This document shows positions 1-11,630 of a DNA stretch of 64,000 nucleotides, in pieces. Where the stretch lies: the NCBI GenBank assembly GCA_963677435.1, contig OY781945.1:3040001-3104000 (forward strand), written 5' to 3'. Both the position numbers and the translations under genes were made by a program. Positions within the stretch are counted from its first letter, which is position 1; every line of letters starts with the position of its first letter. The notes beneath the pieces were generated by a model. The model worked only from the letters and a program-made list of their open reading frames with translations. It made no database searches and was not told where the DNA came from. Source of the DNA: an uncultured Aliarcobacter sp. GTDB taxonomy: Bacteria; Campylobacterota; Campylobacteria; Campylobacterales; Arcobacteraceae.

Positions 1-48
1 CTCAGTATATTTACAATATTTTTTTCCGTACTTTCTTCTTTCTGCCAT
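1..48 (-). CDS. rpsR: 30S ribosomal protein S18, N-terminal fragment (runs off the window)
   Basis: Minus strand reads ATG GCA GAA AGA... = MAERRKYGKKYCKYTE; follows rpsF-ssb in the canonical order; AAGGA SD upstream. Confidence 0.9.
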   Translation of the reverse strand, partial: MAERRKYGKKYCKYTE

Positions 49-60
49 TTGATGTCCTTT

Positions 61-567
61 CTAAAACGGTATTTCGTCTTCGTCTATATCAATTTCAGGT
101 ATTCGTTGCTCAACTCTTGGTTTTGCTTGATTCATACCACCATAGCTTGCTGGAGAAGAAGGTTCATCGTATTGAGCTGCTGGTTGATTATAAGATCCTT
201 GCGGATTATAACCCTGGCTGTCCCCAGTATTCATAGCCTCACCCTTAGAATCTAACATTTTCATAGTATCTACTCTTAAAGAGTGTCTACTTCTTGTAGA
301 TCCATCTTGGGCAGTCCATTGTTCAAATACAAGTCTTCCCTCTAATAAAACTTTAGAACCTTTTTTCAAGTATTGATTAGCAACCTCAGCAGATCTACCA
401 AATATATTGAAATCTAAAAAACAAACTTCATCTTTTTGTTCACCAGTTGAAGATTTGTATTTATAAGATGTTGCAACAGCAGATTTCGCAATTGCAGAAC
501 CTGATGGTAAATATCTTAATTCAATATCCCTTGTTAAATTTCCTACCATTATTACTTTGTTATACAT
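61..567 (-). CDS. ssb: single-stranded DNA-binding protein
   Basis: NKVIMVGNLTRD OB-fold start; acidic DEDEIPF tail. Confidence 0.98.
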   Translation of the reverse strand: MYNKVIMVGNLTRDIELRYLPSGSAIAKSAVATSYKYKSSTGEQKDEVCFLDFNIFGRSAEVANQYLKKGSKVLLEGRLVFEQWTAQDGSTRSRHSLRVDTMKMLDSKGEAMNTGDSQGYNPQGSYNQPAAQYDEPSSPASYGGMNQAKPRVEQRIPEIDIDEDEIPF

Positions 568-586
568 GTAAGATTCCTAAATATTA

Positions 587-943
587 TTATTTATTAGCTT
601 TTTTAGCTGCCTCATCACTCATTTTAGTCCAAGAAGCAATTTCTTTTTTGCTTTCGTATTTAATGAAGATAAATCTAATTAAGTTTTCGTTCATTCTGTA
701 ATTTCTTTCGATTTCAGCAATTCCTGCTGGGTTACCTTGGAAATAGATTACATAATAGTAACCTCTTTTACATTTTTCGATTTCATAAGCTAATTCTCTT
801 TGCCCAACATTATCAAATGATACGATTTCTCCACCATTTTTCTCAATAATAGCTCTGATGCTATCAATTTGTGCTACAGTTTCTTCTTCAGTTAATGTAG
901 GTTTTAATATAAACATTGTTTCATAATGTTTGATTTTTGACAT
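587..943 (-). CDS. rpsF: 30S ribosomal protein S6
   Basis: HYETMFILKP and RELAYEI motifs; rpsF-ssb-rpsR order. Confidence 0.97.
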   Translation of the reverse strand: MSKIKHYETMFILKPTLTEEETVAQIDSIRAIIEKNGGEIVSFDNVGQRELAYEIEKCKRGYYYVIYFQGNPAGIAEIERNYRMNENLIRFIFIKYESKKEIASWTKMSDEAAKKANK

Positions 944-1015
944 TAATTCTCCTTATAGTTTGTGCCGGTATCTTTACATTTCCTAATATCAGCAAGGATT
1001 TCTTTCTTTGTAAAG
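944..1015 (-). promoter_or_regulatory. candidate S6:S18 autoregulatory leader
   Basis: UCCUU (998-994) can pair with the SD AAGGA (954-950); GCUG/CGGC inner helix next to CCG; TAGAAT -10 at 1027-1022. Confidence 0.45.
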
Positions 1016-1024
1016 TGCGAGATT

Positions 1025-2005
1025 CTATCTAAATAAAACTGTAAACTTTCTTAAGCTTGCTTGAAGATATAAGTTTTGATTGTCAATCTTTGAAGTTTTA
1101 AAGTCTAATTCTATATCTAATAAGTATTCTAATATCTCTTGAAAAACCTCTGGTTTTTTATTTATCGCTAATTTTGATTTCTTTTCCCAAATATTCTTTG
1201 GTGGAATAAATCCTAAAATTTCTTTAGGATTAGGTTGTCCTAAAGTTCTTGCATATGAACTTATCATAAAAAGTTGTTGTACAAAAGAAGTTATTTGATT
1301 TAACAAATAAATTTCATTCATTCCCTCATCAAGAAGCAAACTTAAATCAGAACTTATATCTTTTCCACTTAATAAATCATGTAAAAAATCTTCAAAATTA
1401 ACAGTTCCTATACCAAAACAGTGGGCATCCACAAGATGAGTTGTAACAAGTTCATCAAAAATTGCTAATTTTTTCATATCATTTACACATAAAGCTAAAT
1501 CATTTTTATGCATAAAATATAAGTGATTTAAAGCACTTGGCTCTATTTTCATATTAAGCATCTTTGCTTCATATTCCAAAAACTTTATGGCTTCTGTATC
1601 TGTTGGAGAAAAAAATCTTACAGCCGCAGAATTTGTTTTTAAAGAAAAACTACTCTCCATCGTTTTAAAATCACTATCACCTAAAGCTGCAATAATTAGT
1701 GTGCTATCTGGATTTGTATTACAAGCTTCAATTAAAGAATCAAGCTCTTTTTTTGGAAGTTTTTTATCTATTTTTATTAAAACGATATTATTGCTTGAAA
1801 ATAAAGAAGATTGTAATAGTTTATCTTTAACATATTTAAAATCATAATCTTCAAAATATAATTTCTCTATTTCATCATTATTTCCTAAAGACTGAGCAAT
1901 TACTAAAGCATACTGTTCTATTAAAAAAATAGATTGTCCATAAAACAAATAAGCTTTAAATTTTTTATTTTGTTTTAAATAGTTATCAAATTCATTTTTA
2001 TACAT
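1025..2005 (-). CDS. holA: DNA polymerase III delta subunit
   Basis: YLFYGQS N-terminal motif, 326 aa, LLDIELDFKT C-terminus; adjacent to rnr as in Campylobacterota. Confidence 0.88.
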   Translation of the reverse strand: MYKNEFDNYLKQNKKFKAYLFYGQSIFLIEQYALVIAQSLGNNDEIEKLYFEDYDFKYVKDKLLQSSLFSSNNIVLIKIDKKLPKKELDSLIEACNTNPDSTLIIAALGDSDFKTMESSFSLKTNSAAVRFFSPTDTEAIKFLEYEAKMLNMKIEPSALNHLYFMHKNDLALCVNDMKKLAIFDELVTTHLVDAHCFGIGTVNFEDFLHDLLSGKDISSDLSLLLDEGMNEIYLLNQITSFVQQLFMISSYARTLGQPNPKEILGFIPPKNIWEKKSKLAINKKPEVFQEILEYLLDIELDFKTSKIDNQNLYLQASLRKFTVLFR

Positions 2006-2038
2006 GTCGAAATTTTATCCTAAACTCTTTTATAAATT

Positions 2039-3889
2039 TTAATATTTTACAGTTGCAACAATTACTTTTGTTACTGTGTCGGCTGATTTTATTTTTACTC
2101 TTAGTTTAGTAAAAAGTTTTTGTCCTTTATAGTTTTCTAAAACTACTTTCATTCCAAACATTTTTTCATAACAAACAGCTTTTGCTTTTTCAGTATCAAC
2201 TATTTTTACTTTTATCTCTTCATCAATATTTAAACTTGCCCATCTTGCATATTTTCTATCTTCAAAATCCCATACAAGTTGGTCAATTTTTCTTTCATTC
2301 AGTGAAATATGTTCACAAATATCATCAATATTTTTAGGTGTTTGTTTTGTTTTTAGAATTCTGTGTAAAACTAAATCTGAATATCTTCTAATTGGACTTG
2401 TAAAGTGAGAATATGAAGAAAATCCTAAACCGAAGTGTCCTAAATTTTTTGAAGAGTATTTTGCTTGGGTTTGAGCTTGAATAATCAACTCATCAATTTC
2501 AGCTCCCATCATAGAAGCTTTTGCTTTTTCTTGAATATGTACAATTGTATCATGAACATCACTTTGAAGTTTTACATTAACTCCTAAAATATTCACATCA
2601 TCTACAAGTTTTGAGATAGCTTTAAAAGCTGGTTCTTCATGGATTCTGTAAATTCCAACCATATTTACTTTTTTACTAGCTTCTATGTTTGCTAATAACA
2701 TACACTCTTCAACTAATTGATGTGAAGCTGTTGATGTTTCAACTTCAATAGATTCTAAATTATCATTACGCAATTTTAATCTATTTTCGCTTGTTCTAAA
2801 ATCATAACCTTTTAATAATCTTCTTTTTCTAAATTTTTTAGTAATTTCATATAAAGGGATAAGATAATCAAATATATCTTTTTCAGTTTTTGAATATTGG
2901 TCAAGGTGACCTTCAATAACTCTGTCAATTCTTCCATAAGAGAAGTTTTTGTGGGAATTTATAATTGCTTCAAATAGTTCAGCTTTTTTAACATTTAGAT
3001 TTTCTAAATCTAAATAAAGTTTAAAAACATAAGAGTATCTATCAACACCCTCTTTTAATGAACACATCTCTTCACTCAAAATTGGTGGCAACATTGGTAA
3101 AACTTTTGTTGGAAGATAAACAGAAGTTGATTTTTTAAAGGCCAACAAATCAAGTTCACTGCCCTCTTTTACAAAATATGAAACATCTGCGATGGCCACA
3201 TATAAGATATTTTCTTTTGTATCAAAATAAATTGCATCATCATGATCTTTTGCACTATTTGGATCAATTGTACAAAAATACAAATCTCTTAAATCAACTC
3301 TTTTTTTAGTATCATCCATATTTGCAACAACTTCAAGATGTTTTTCTAATCTGTATATTTCATTATAAAGATTTAATGAAATAAGTTCATCAATTTTAGG
3401 ATCTTTTATATTTCCTAAATTTTTTATTAGTTCTAAAGATTTATTATCAACTAATAAAACATCCCCTTCATTATATTTTAAAGCATTTTTATTTTCTAAT
3501 TTTATATTTTCTTTTATTGTATAAAATGCTTTGTCTTTTATATAAACTAAAACATCATTTTTTTTCCCATCAAGGATTCTTTCAATTTTAGCTTTTGTTC
3601 TACTTCTTGGATTAAAAACCCTTTTAGCTAATACTAAATCACCATCATAAGCCCCGTTTAAATCATCAAACTCTATTTTTATATTTTTATGTTCACTTAT
3701 TAAATCTTCAAGTATTACAAGGTTTTTCCCCACTTTTACGAGGGCAATTTTATATTTAGAGTTTAGTTCAAAAGTATCATCATTTTTTATAACTATTTCA
3801 TCTTTTAAAAACTTCTCTATCTCAATTAATTCCTCTTTTGAGTAGTCTTTACAGTTTGTTTGAATTTTTATAAATAGTTCTTTTAGCAA
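2039..3889 (-). CDS. rnr: ribonuclease R (RNB family)
   Basis: TIDPNSAKDHDDA catalytic motif and HFTSPIRRYSD. Start moved from 3925 to the in-frame TTG at 3889, which has an AAGGA SD. Confidence 0.93.
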   Translation of the reverse strand: MLKELFIKIQTNCKDYSKEELIEIEKFLKDEIVIKNDDTFELNSKYKIALVKVGKNLVILEDLISEHKNIKIEFDDLNGAYDGDLVLAKRVFNPRSRTKAKIERILDGKKNDVLVYIKDKAFYTIKENIKLENKNALKYNEGDVLLVDNKSLELIKNLGNIKDPKIDELISLNLYNEIYRLEKHLEVVANMDDTKKRVDLRDLYFCTIDPNSAKDHDDAIYFDTKENILYVAIADVSYFVKEGSELDLLAFKKSTSVYLPTKVLPMLPPILSEEMCSLKEGVDRYSYVFKLYLDLENLNVKKAELFEAIINSHKNFSYGRIDRVIEGHLDQYSKTEKDIFDYLIPLYEITKKFRKRRLLKGYDFRTSENRLKLRNDNLESIEVETSTASHQLVEECMLLANIEASKKVNMVGIYRIHEEPAFKAISKLVDDVNILGVNVKLQSDVHDTIVHIQEKAKASMMGAEIDELIIQAQTQAKYSSKNLGHFGLGFSSYSHFTSPIRRYSDLVLHRILKTKQTPKNIDDICEHISLNERKIDQLVWDFEDRKYARWASLNIDEEIKVKIVDTEKAKAVCYEKMFGMKVVLENYKGQKLFTKLRVKIKSADTVTKVIVATVKY

Positions 3890-4003
3890 TTTTTGTCCTT
3901 TTGAATAATCATCTAATAGTAGCAAAACTAAGAGTATTCTTCCCTTTAATTTGTCAAGTTATCTAAGATTTAGATAGTTTTTTGTATAATCTCAAAAATT
4001 TAA

Positions 4004-5044
<1,041 letters not shown>

Positions 5045-5049
5045 TTTAT

Positions 5050-5075
5050 TTTAAGGAAGATTTTTCTTCCTTAAA
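5050..5075 (+). terminator. stem-loop after ilvC (weak terminator or mRNA stabiliser)
   Basis: TTTAAGGAAGA-tttt-TCTTCCTTAAA; no strong U-tract follows. Confidence 0.55.
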
Positions 5076-5093
5076 TAAAAACTCAAGAGATAT

Positions 5094-6332
5094 ATGAATC
5101 AGAAAAAACCACGAAAAAAATCACAAAAGAAAACTAATAACTTTTCAAATAAAAAACTATTAAATATCTTTTTAGTAATATTTTTAATTGCATTTTTAGC
5201 AAGTATAGCTAGTTACTTTACAATAAAAAATAAAGATACAATTAAAAATATTCCCGCAGAAATAAATGCAAAAACTCAAGAAATTGATAAAAAAAACCAA
5301 GAAGAAAAAAAAGAAGTTTTACTTCCTAAAATAAAAGATATAAAAGATTTCAAAGAGCAAAAACCTGAAGATTTTTTTGAAGAGAAATTTGATATTAATG
5401 AAGAACATAAATTTGAAGAATATACAAAAGAACTTGAAAAAGTAATAGTAGATAAAATTGAATCTGAAGATACAATAAATAAAGAGAATGAAATTGTTCA
5501 GAAGAAAGTTCAAGAAATTAAAGATGAAAAATTAAAAGACAAAGAAAAATCAGAAGACAAGAATCAAAAAGAGACTGTTTCTACAAAAAAAGAGACTAGT
5601 GATTCAACTAAAGCTCCTACTAAAATTGATGAAAAAAGTATCATTACAAGTAAAGATACTTTTACTTATGATAAAAAGTCTAAACCAAAAATTGCAATAG
5701 TAATTGATGATGTGACAACTCAAGCTCAAAAAGATAAGATTTTAGCTTTAGGTTATAAAACAAATATGTCTTTTCTTCCACCAACAAATGTTCACCCTGA
5801 TTCTGCAAAAATTGCGCAAAATCTATCTTTTTATATGATTCATTTTCCAATGCAAGCTTCAAGTGCGTTTAAAGGCCCTGAAATTAATACTTTAAGTATA
5901 AATGACTCTTATGAAACAATTGAAAAAAGAGTTAAACAGCTAAGAGCTTGGTATCCAAATGCAGTTTATACAAATAACCATACGGGTTCTGTATTTACTG
6001 AAAATGATGAAGCTGTAGATAAATTATTTAGAGCATTAAAAAAATATAATTTTATATTTGTTGATAGCAGAACAAGTGCAAAATCAGTTGTTAAAAAATA
6101 TGCAAAAAAATATAATATGCCTTATATTGTAAGAAATACTTTCATTGATAATGATAGAAACTTTAGTGCTATTCAAAATCAATTAAAAAAAGCCATAGAG
6201 ATAGCAAAAAAACAAGGTTATGCAATTGCTATTGGACATCCACATAATATTACACTTCAAGTATTAAAAGAGTCTAAACATCTATTAAAAGATGTTGAAC
6301 CTATATTTATCTACCAACTTCCATATCTTTAA
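5094..6332 (+). CDS. divergent polysaccharide deacetylase family protein
   Basis: N-terminal TM, charged linker, IAIVIDD, IHFPMQ, NNHTGS, DSRT and AIAIGHPH motifs. Confidence 0.9.
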   Translation: MNQKKPRKKSQKKTNNFSNKKLLNIFLVIFLIAFLASIASYFTIKNKDTIKNIPAEINAKTQEIDKKNQEEKKEVLLPKIKDIKDFKEQKPEDFFEEKFDINEEHKFEEYTKELEKVIVDKIESEDTINKENEIVQKKVQEIKDEKLKDKEKSEDKNQKETVSTKKETSDSTKAPTKIDEKSIITSKDTFTYDKKSKPKIAIVIDDVTTQAQKDKILALGYKTNMSFLPPTNVHPDSAKIAQNLSFYMIHFPMQASSAFKGPEINTLSINDSYETIEKRVKQLRAWYPNAVYTNNHTGSVFTENDEAVDKLFRALKKYNFIFVDSRTSAKSVVKKYAKKYNMPYIVRNTFIDNDRNFSAIQNQLKKAIEIAKKQGYAIAIGHPHNITLQVLKESKHLLKDVEPIFIYQLPYL

Positions 6333-6374
6333 AAAATAAGTTATAATAATTTAAATTATTTTTAAAGAGCTTTT

Positions 6375-7148
6375 ATGATTTCAAAAATCGACTTCAAAAT
6401 TGAAGAATTATCATCAATGAAAAAATATCCAGATGAACTTTTTTATATTGGTAATCTTGAACTTTTAAAAAGAAAAAAGATTGCTATAATTGGAAGTAGA
6501 AGGCCAAATTCCTACACGAAAGAGTTTACTTACAAATTAGCTTCTAAATTCTCCAATGCAAATATTTGCATAGTTAGTGGTGCTGCTATGGGAGTTGATT
6601 CTATTGCTCATCAAGGTGCAAAAGCAAACAATACAATAGCTGTTGTAGCTAATGGCTTAGATATTCGCTATCCAAGTGTTAATAGAAATTTAATTATTGA
6701 TATAGAGAAGAATGGTTTGATTATTTCTGCTTATAAAGAGAAAGAAAAAGCTAGGAATTATACTTTTGTTTTAAGAAATGAAATTGTTGTAGCATTAAGT
6801 GATTTTTTGATTGTTACAGAAGCTGATTTGAATTCTGGTTCTTTAACTTCAGTTAATTACGCTTTAAAAATGGGTAAAAAAGTTTATACACTTCCCCATA
6901 GAATAAATGAAAGTTTAGGAACTCAAGAATTAATCAGAAAAAACTTAATTGAAGTTATTTATGATATTAATGAATTTATTTACAATATATGTGGTGAAAA
7001 AAGTACATTTATAGAAGATGAAATTCTTCTTTTTTGTAAAAATAATCCTAATTATGAAAGTGCCATTTCCAAATATCCAAATAAAATTTTTGAATATGAA
7101 TTAGAAGGAAAGATAAAAATAGAAAATGGAAAAGTAATAATTATCTAA
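6375..7148 (+). CDS. dprA: DNA-processing protein DprA
   Basis: AIIGSR, VSGAAMGVDSIAH, RNEIVVALS and SGSL motifs. Confidence 0.95.
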   Translation: MISKIDFKIEELSSMKKYPDELFYIGNLELLKRKKIAIIGSRRPNSYTKEFTYKLASKFSNANICIVSGAAMGVDSIAHQGAKANNTIAVVANGLDIRYPSVNRNLIIDIEKNGLIISAYKEKEKARNYTFVLRNEIVVALSDFLIVTEADLNSGSLTSVNYALKMGKKVYTLPHRINESLGTQELIRKNLIEVIYDINEFIYNICGEKSTFIEDEILLFCKNNPNYESAISKYPNKIFEYELEGKIKIENGKVIII

Positions 7149-7168
7149 AATAATTTTAGATAATTATT
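7136..7168. terminator. AT-rich inverted repeat between convergent dprA and murC
   Basis: AATAATTATCTAAAA-taa-TTTTAGATAATTATT, perfect 15-bp arms. Confidence 0.5.
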
Positions 7169-7175
7169 CTCAAAT

Positions 7176-8483
7176 CTATTTATATCTTAATTGATAAGTA
7201 ATATCTCCAGCACCAACACCTAAGAAAATTCCTTCATCATAAGTTTTGATAATTTTTTCATCTTTAATTAATTCAATTTTTCCATTAGTAGAAACAACTC
7301 TATCTGCAAAAATTGGGTTATATTGAGCAAACTCTTTTTCAAAATCAATATCTATTTTTTTCTCACCAGGAATTGTCCAAATAGGCAAAATAATAAGTTC
7401 ATCACATCTTCTAAAACATTTTTTGAAACCCTCAAGATTATCACTTGTTCTTGAATATTTGTGAGGCTGCCAAAGAACTATTCTTTTATTTATATTTGTA
7501 AGATTGTCGTATAACTCAATAGATTTCATTGTAGCTTCTATCTCTGTTGGATGGTGAGCATAATCATCAATTACTACAAATTTGCTATTTGCTTGAACAA
7601 TATCAAATCTTTTTTTGATTCCTTTATAGTCTAAAAGATTTTTTCTAATAGTTTCAACATCAAGTTCATTAAGTGCTGCAAGAATTGCTAAAGAAGCATT
7701 TGTTGCCATGTGAAAACCAAATCCCCAAACTTCAAATGTACCTAAATCTTTTAAATCAAATTTAGTACAAGGCTGATTATCTTTTAGTGTATAACAAAGA
7801 TTTTTAATATCAACACTTGGATAAAGATAAGTTGCTTCTTCAATTTTTAATTTTTTTATATCATTATCTTCACCATTTAAAACTCTTTTTTTAGCAAGTG
7901 AAATAAATCTTTCATAAGACTCATAAAATTTATCATAATCATAATGATAATATTCCATGTGCTCAGGTTCAGCATTTGTAACAATCGCACAATATGGATT
8001 TGAAAGTAAAAAAGAGGCATCTGATTCATCTGCTTCAAAGGCAATTAAATCACTTACATATCTAAAATTTGAACCAAAATCTTTTGAAATTGCTCCAATT
8101 AATGCAGAACTTTGTAAAATTGAAGCTAACATTGCAGTTGTAGTAGATTTTCCATGAGCACCAGCAACACAATAGTTTTTCTTATCTCCAAGAATAATTG
8201 GTAATGCTTCTTTTCTTGAAAGAGTTCTAATTTGTTTTAATCTTGCTTCTATTAACTCAGGATTCTCATCAGTAACAGCTGCTGAATAAATAACTAAATC
8301 AAAATCATCTTTCATGTTAGAAGCACTTTGAGGACAAGAAACTTTTATTCCTTCATCTTCCAAAGCTTTTGTAATTAAAGAGCTTTTCATATCTGAACCA
8401 CTAACTTCGTGTCCATCAAAATTTAAAAATCTAGCTAAGGCAGAAAGGCCAATTCCACCAATTCCAATAAAATGTACTTTCAA
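7176..8483 (-). CDS. murC: UDP-N-acetylmuramate--L-alanine ligase
   Basis: HFIGIGGIGLS, GAHGKSTTT, EADESD, DDYAHHPTE. Confidence 0.98.
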   Translation of the reverse strand: MKVHFIGIGGIGLSALARFLNFDGHEVSGSDMKSSLITKALEDEGIKVSCPQSASNMKDDFDLVIYSAAVTDENPELIEARLKQIRTLSRKEALPIILGDKKNYCVAGAHGKSTTTAMLASILQSSALIGAISKDFGSNFRYVSDLIAFEADESDASFLLSNPYCAIVTNAEPEHMEYYHYDYDKFYESYERFISLAKKRVLNGEDNDIKKLKIEEATYLYPSVDIKNLCYTLKDNQPCTKFDLKDLGTFEVWGFGFHMATNASLAILAALNELDVETIRKNLLDYKGIKKRFDIVQANSKFVVIDDYAHHPTEIEATMKSIELYDNLTNINKRIVLWQPHKYSRTSDNLEGFKKCFRRCDELIILPIWTIPGEKKIDIDFEKEFAQYNPIFADRVVSTNGKIELIKDEKIIKTYDEGIFLGVGAGDITYQLRYK

Positions 8484-9065
8484 TTAATTTCCTAATAAAT
8501 GTTTTAAGTTTTTGTACTCTTGTGCTAAAATATCTTTGTTTTCATTTAAAAACTCTTGATTATCAAATCTAAAATTCATGATAAAATATCCATATTTTTC
8601 ATCTTCTACATCAGCTTCTAAATCAACTCTTGTATCATAAAAATCATCTAATTGGATTTTTGAAGCTAAAAATATAATCAAAATATTTAATGCTTTTTCT
8701 AAAGTCTCATCTTCGATTATATTTGCTAAAACAAAAATCAACTCTTTTGCTCCATCAAAATTATCATAAGACCATTTCTCAATCGCATGTTCATATAAAG
8801 CTCTTACATAAAGTAAATTGTCACCCTCAAGATTTAATTTCTCATGTTTGTTTAATATTTTTTCAACATTTGAAAATGATGTTTTTAAAATTTGCTCGTA
8901 CAATTTATTAACATTCTCTTCATCCAAATCTAAAACTAACATAGAGTCTAATGTTTCATACATTAAACCTATATCTTCAGCTTTCATAGAATTAACCCTT
9001 GCTTCTTCTAAATATTTCAAAAAATCTGGGTTTGTTCTTGCTTGAAATAGTGCTTCTTTATCCAT
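8484..9065 (-). CDS. hypothetical protein (acidic, helical)
   Basis: 193-aa ORF tightly packed between dapC and murC. Confidence 0.75.
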   Translation of the reverse strand: MDKEALFQARTNPDFLKYLEEARVNSMKAEDIGLMYETLDSMLVLDLDEENVNKLYEQILKTSFSNVEKILNKHEKLNLEGDNLLYVRALYEHAIEKWSYDNFDGAKELIFVLANIIEDETLEKALNILIIFLASKIQLDDFYDTRVDLEADVEDEKYGYFIMNFRFDNQEFLNENKDILAQEYKNLKHLLGN

Positions 9066-10188
9066 TTATAAAATCCTTTAATCGTGTAAGAACATCTCTT
9101 GTTTTCTCTTCATTTTCAACAAGAGCTATTCTAATATAACCTTTTCCTAAACCATTTCTACCTAAAAAGCTTCCAGGTAATACTTTTATATTTTTTTCTT
9201 TATATAAGTTTTTTGTAAATTCTAACTCATCCTCAACTTCTAACCAAATATAAAAAGTTGCTTCTGGAATTGGAGTTCCTAAAATCTCATTTGCAATTTC
9301 AAAATTCTTTTTATAAATTTTTCTAAAACCTGCCACATGTTCTTGGTCATTCCATGCAACTGCAGCTGCTTCTTGAAGAGGAACTGGACTAGCACAACCT
9401 ACATAAGTTCTGTATTGTAAATACTCTTTTAAAATATCTGCATCACCAGCAATAAATCCACTTCGTAGACCTGGTGCAGAACTTCTTTTTGAAATTGAGT
9501 TCATTACTAAAACATTTTTAAAACTGTTATTTCCAACGAAAATCGAAGCTTCTAAAAGTGAAGCTGGTTTTGTAGCTTCATCAAAATAAATCTCAGAATA
9601 ACACTCATCATTTACTAGAATAAAATCAAACTCTAAGGCTTTTTTCACCCATTCACCTAATTCTGCTTTGCTCATTGAAGCTGATGTTGGATTATTTGGG
9701 AAATTTAAAATTACTAAATCACATCTTTTTAAATCTTCATCACTAAGGCTTGCTTTAAAACCATTCTCTTTTGTTAAATCAATGTGAATAACTTCTGCTC
9801 TTGAAGCAATTGCAGCACCTTCATAGATTTGATAAAAGGGATTTGTAAAAGCAATAACTGGATCTTTTTTATCAAATAAAGCAAATTGTGGGAAATTAAA
9901 TAAAACTTCTCTTGTACCAAAAGATGGCACAATTTGACTCATATGTAAAGTAATATCAAATCTTGCTTTTACAAAATTTATCATTGATTCTCTTAAAAAT
10001 GGCTCCCCTATTGTTGAGGGATATTTTTGTAAACTTGAAGTAGTCTCTTTTAATTTATCTTGTATAAAAGCTGGTGTTTCAAATTTTGGTTCACCAATTG
10101 TTAAAACTGATAATGCATACTCTTCATTTGGGATAATTCCCTCTAATAATTCATTTAATTTTTCAAATGGATATTTTTCAAAATTCAT
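9058..10188 (-). CDS. dapC: PLP-dependent aminotransferase class I/II, probable succinyldiaminopimelate transaminase
   Basis: YPFEKL start, LTIGEPK, PNNPT, DECYSEIY, SISKRSSAPGLRSGF. Confidence 0.88.
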   Translation of the reverse strand: MNFEKYPFEKLNELLEGIIPNEEYALSVLTIGEPKFETPAFIQDKLKETTSSLQKYPSTIGEPFLRESMINFVKARFDITLHMSQIVPSFGTREVLFNFPQFALFDKKDPVIAFTNPFYQIYEGAAIASRAEVIHIDLTKENGFKASLSDEDLKRCDLVILNFPNNPTSASMSKAELGEWVKKALEFDFILVNDECYSEIYFDEATKPASLLEASIFVGNNSFKNVLVMNSISKRSSAPGLRSGFIAGDADILKEYLQYRTYVGCASPVPLQEAAAVAWNDQEHVAGFRKIYKKNFEIANEILGTPIPEATFYIWLEVEDELEFTKNLYKEKNIKVLPGSFLGRNGLGKGYIRIALVENEEKTRDVLTRLKDFING

Positions 10189-10202
10189 AAAATTTATTCC
10201 TT

Positions 10203-11630
10203 TTATTCTTCAACTATTGGAATCAATAATTGATTAAATTTATTTAAATCGAATGCTATAAAATCGCTGTTTGTATAGAAAAACTTAAAGAAAAATCTCT
10301 TTTTAAACATATTCTCTTTTAAAGGTAAGAGTTGAAGCATCTCTTTTTGTTTTTTAAGTTCTCTTATTGGATTTTGTGCACTTGACACAACTTCTACTTT
10401 TTCATTAAATATTTTTGCTAAATTTTCAAAATGGTCTAAAAGATTAGTTTTTCCATCTTTTTCTCCAATTGGATCTAAATCAAAAATCTTTGTTTTTATT
10501 TTTAATTGGCTAGAAATATCAAATACAATTGGTGATATTTGCTCATAAGAGTTTGTATCATTTAAAATAATTACAGTTCTTTTTACGGCTTTTAAATTCT
10601 CTTTTCCAAATTTAAAAATTGGAATTTTTAAATCTAATACACTTTTTATATTCTCTTTATATTTAAACATTTCAGTTGTTAACATAATCATACCAATATT
10701 GTTTTTTCTGAAATCTTCTTTTATAATTTTACTAAAGCCCTTATTTCCATAATCAATTACTAAAACAATTGTTGGAAAATATTTCAATTCATCTTTAATA
10801 TATTGCATAATTGCAACACTTGTTGGCCTTGTAATTCGGACAATCAATAAATTATTTTTTAGTTTTTGGTTTAGATATTTTGCTTCATCTATTGCTTTCT
10901 TAACGCTTTCGTCATTTTGTAAATATAAATCTAAATATAGATAAATATTTGCACCAAAAGGCATAGGAAATTGCCCTTGTGTTTTTCCAATTGCATTATA
11001 AACTTGCATTAAAACATCTGGTTTTCCAATAACTAAAATAACATCATTTGGTTTTAAAACTAAAGATGGTTTTATTGTAATCATTTTTTGATTTCTATAA
11101 AGTCCGAAAATTTTCCACTCTTTTTGCTCAATTGAACCTATATATCTATAAGCATATGAGCTTCCAAATGGAATTCTAATTTCCATAATTTCACCCTGCT
11201 TCAGACCGATATTTTGGGCAAGAACTGGAACATTTGGAAGTTTTTCAACCATTCCATTTGCTAGAACTTCTATTCCTCTGTAAATATTTACTAAAGGATC
11301 ATTTATTTTCATTCCCCAATAATCTAAAATAGTCATTTGAATATTTTTTGTATGCTCTCTAATATTTTTTATTACATTCAACATTTCATCTTTTGAATTT
11401 TGAGCTATTAAAACTTCTGTATGAATATTTTTATCTAAAACCATCGCTAGTTTTGATTTTGAAGTTGGGTCAAACTTATAAAAAGTGAAGTTTGAAGGTT
11501 TTTGAACAGGTAAAATTAAGTCGCTCATATATATTACATCATAACTATTGTCACCTGTATTTGCTTCAATAATTCTTTGCATTAATTTTTTTGCAACAAT
11601 ACCATCTAGGATAATTAATATTTTTTTCAT
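10203..11630 (-). CDS. TrkA-C (RCK_C) domain protein, COG3400-like
   Basis: GEIMEIRIPFGS...LKPNDVILVIG RCK_C-like segment. Confidence 0.7.
   Translation of the reverse strand: MKKILIILDGIVAKKLMQRIIEANTGDNSYDVIYMSDLILPVQKPSNFTFYKFDPTSKSKLAMVLDKNIHTEVLIAQNSKDEMLNVIKNIREHTKNIQMTILDYWGMKINDPLVNIYRGIEVLANGMVEKLPNVPVLAQNIGLKQGEIMEIRIPFGSSYAYRYIGSIEQKEWKIFGLYRNQKMITIKPSLVLKPNDVILVIGKPDVLMQVYNAIGKTQGQFPMPFGANIYLYLDLYLQNDESVKKAIDEAKYLNQKLKNNLLIVRITRPTSVAIMQYIKDELKYFPTIVLVIDYGNKGFSKIIKEDFRKNNIGMIMLTTEMFKYKENIKSVLDLKIPIFKFGKENLKAVKRTVIILNDTNSYEQISPIVFDISSQLKIKTKIFDLDPIGEKDGKTNLLDHFENLAKIFNEKVEVVSSAQNPIRELKKQKEMLQLLPLKENMFKKRFFFKFFYTNSDFIAFDLNKFNQLLIPIVEE

Noticed and set aside
5094..5680. K/E-rich low-complexity region as a possible repeat element
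   Set aside because: It is an in-frame charged linker with no discrete DNA repeat unit
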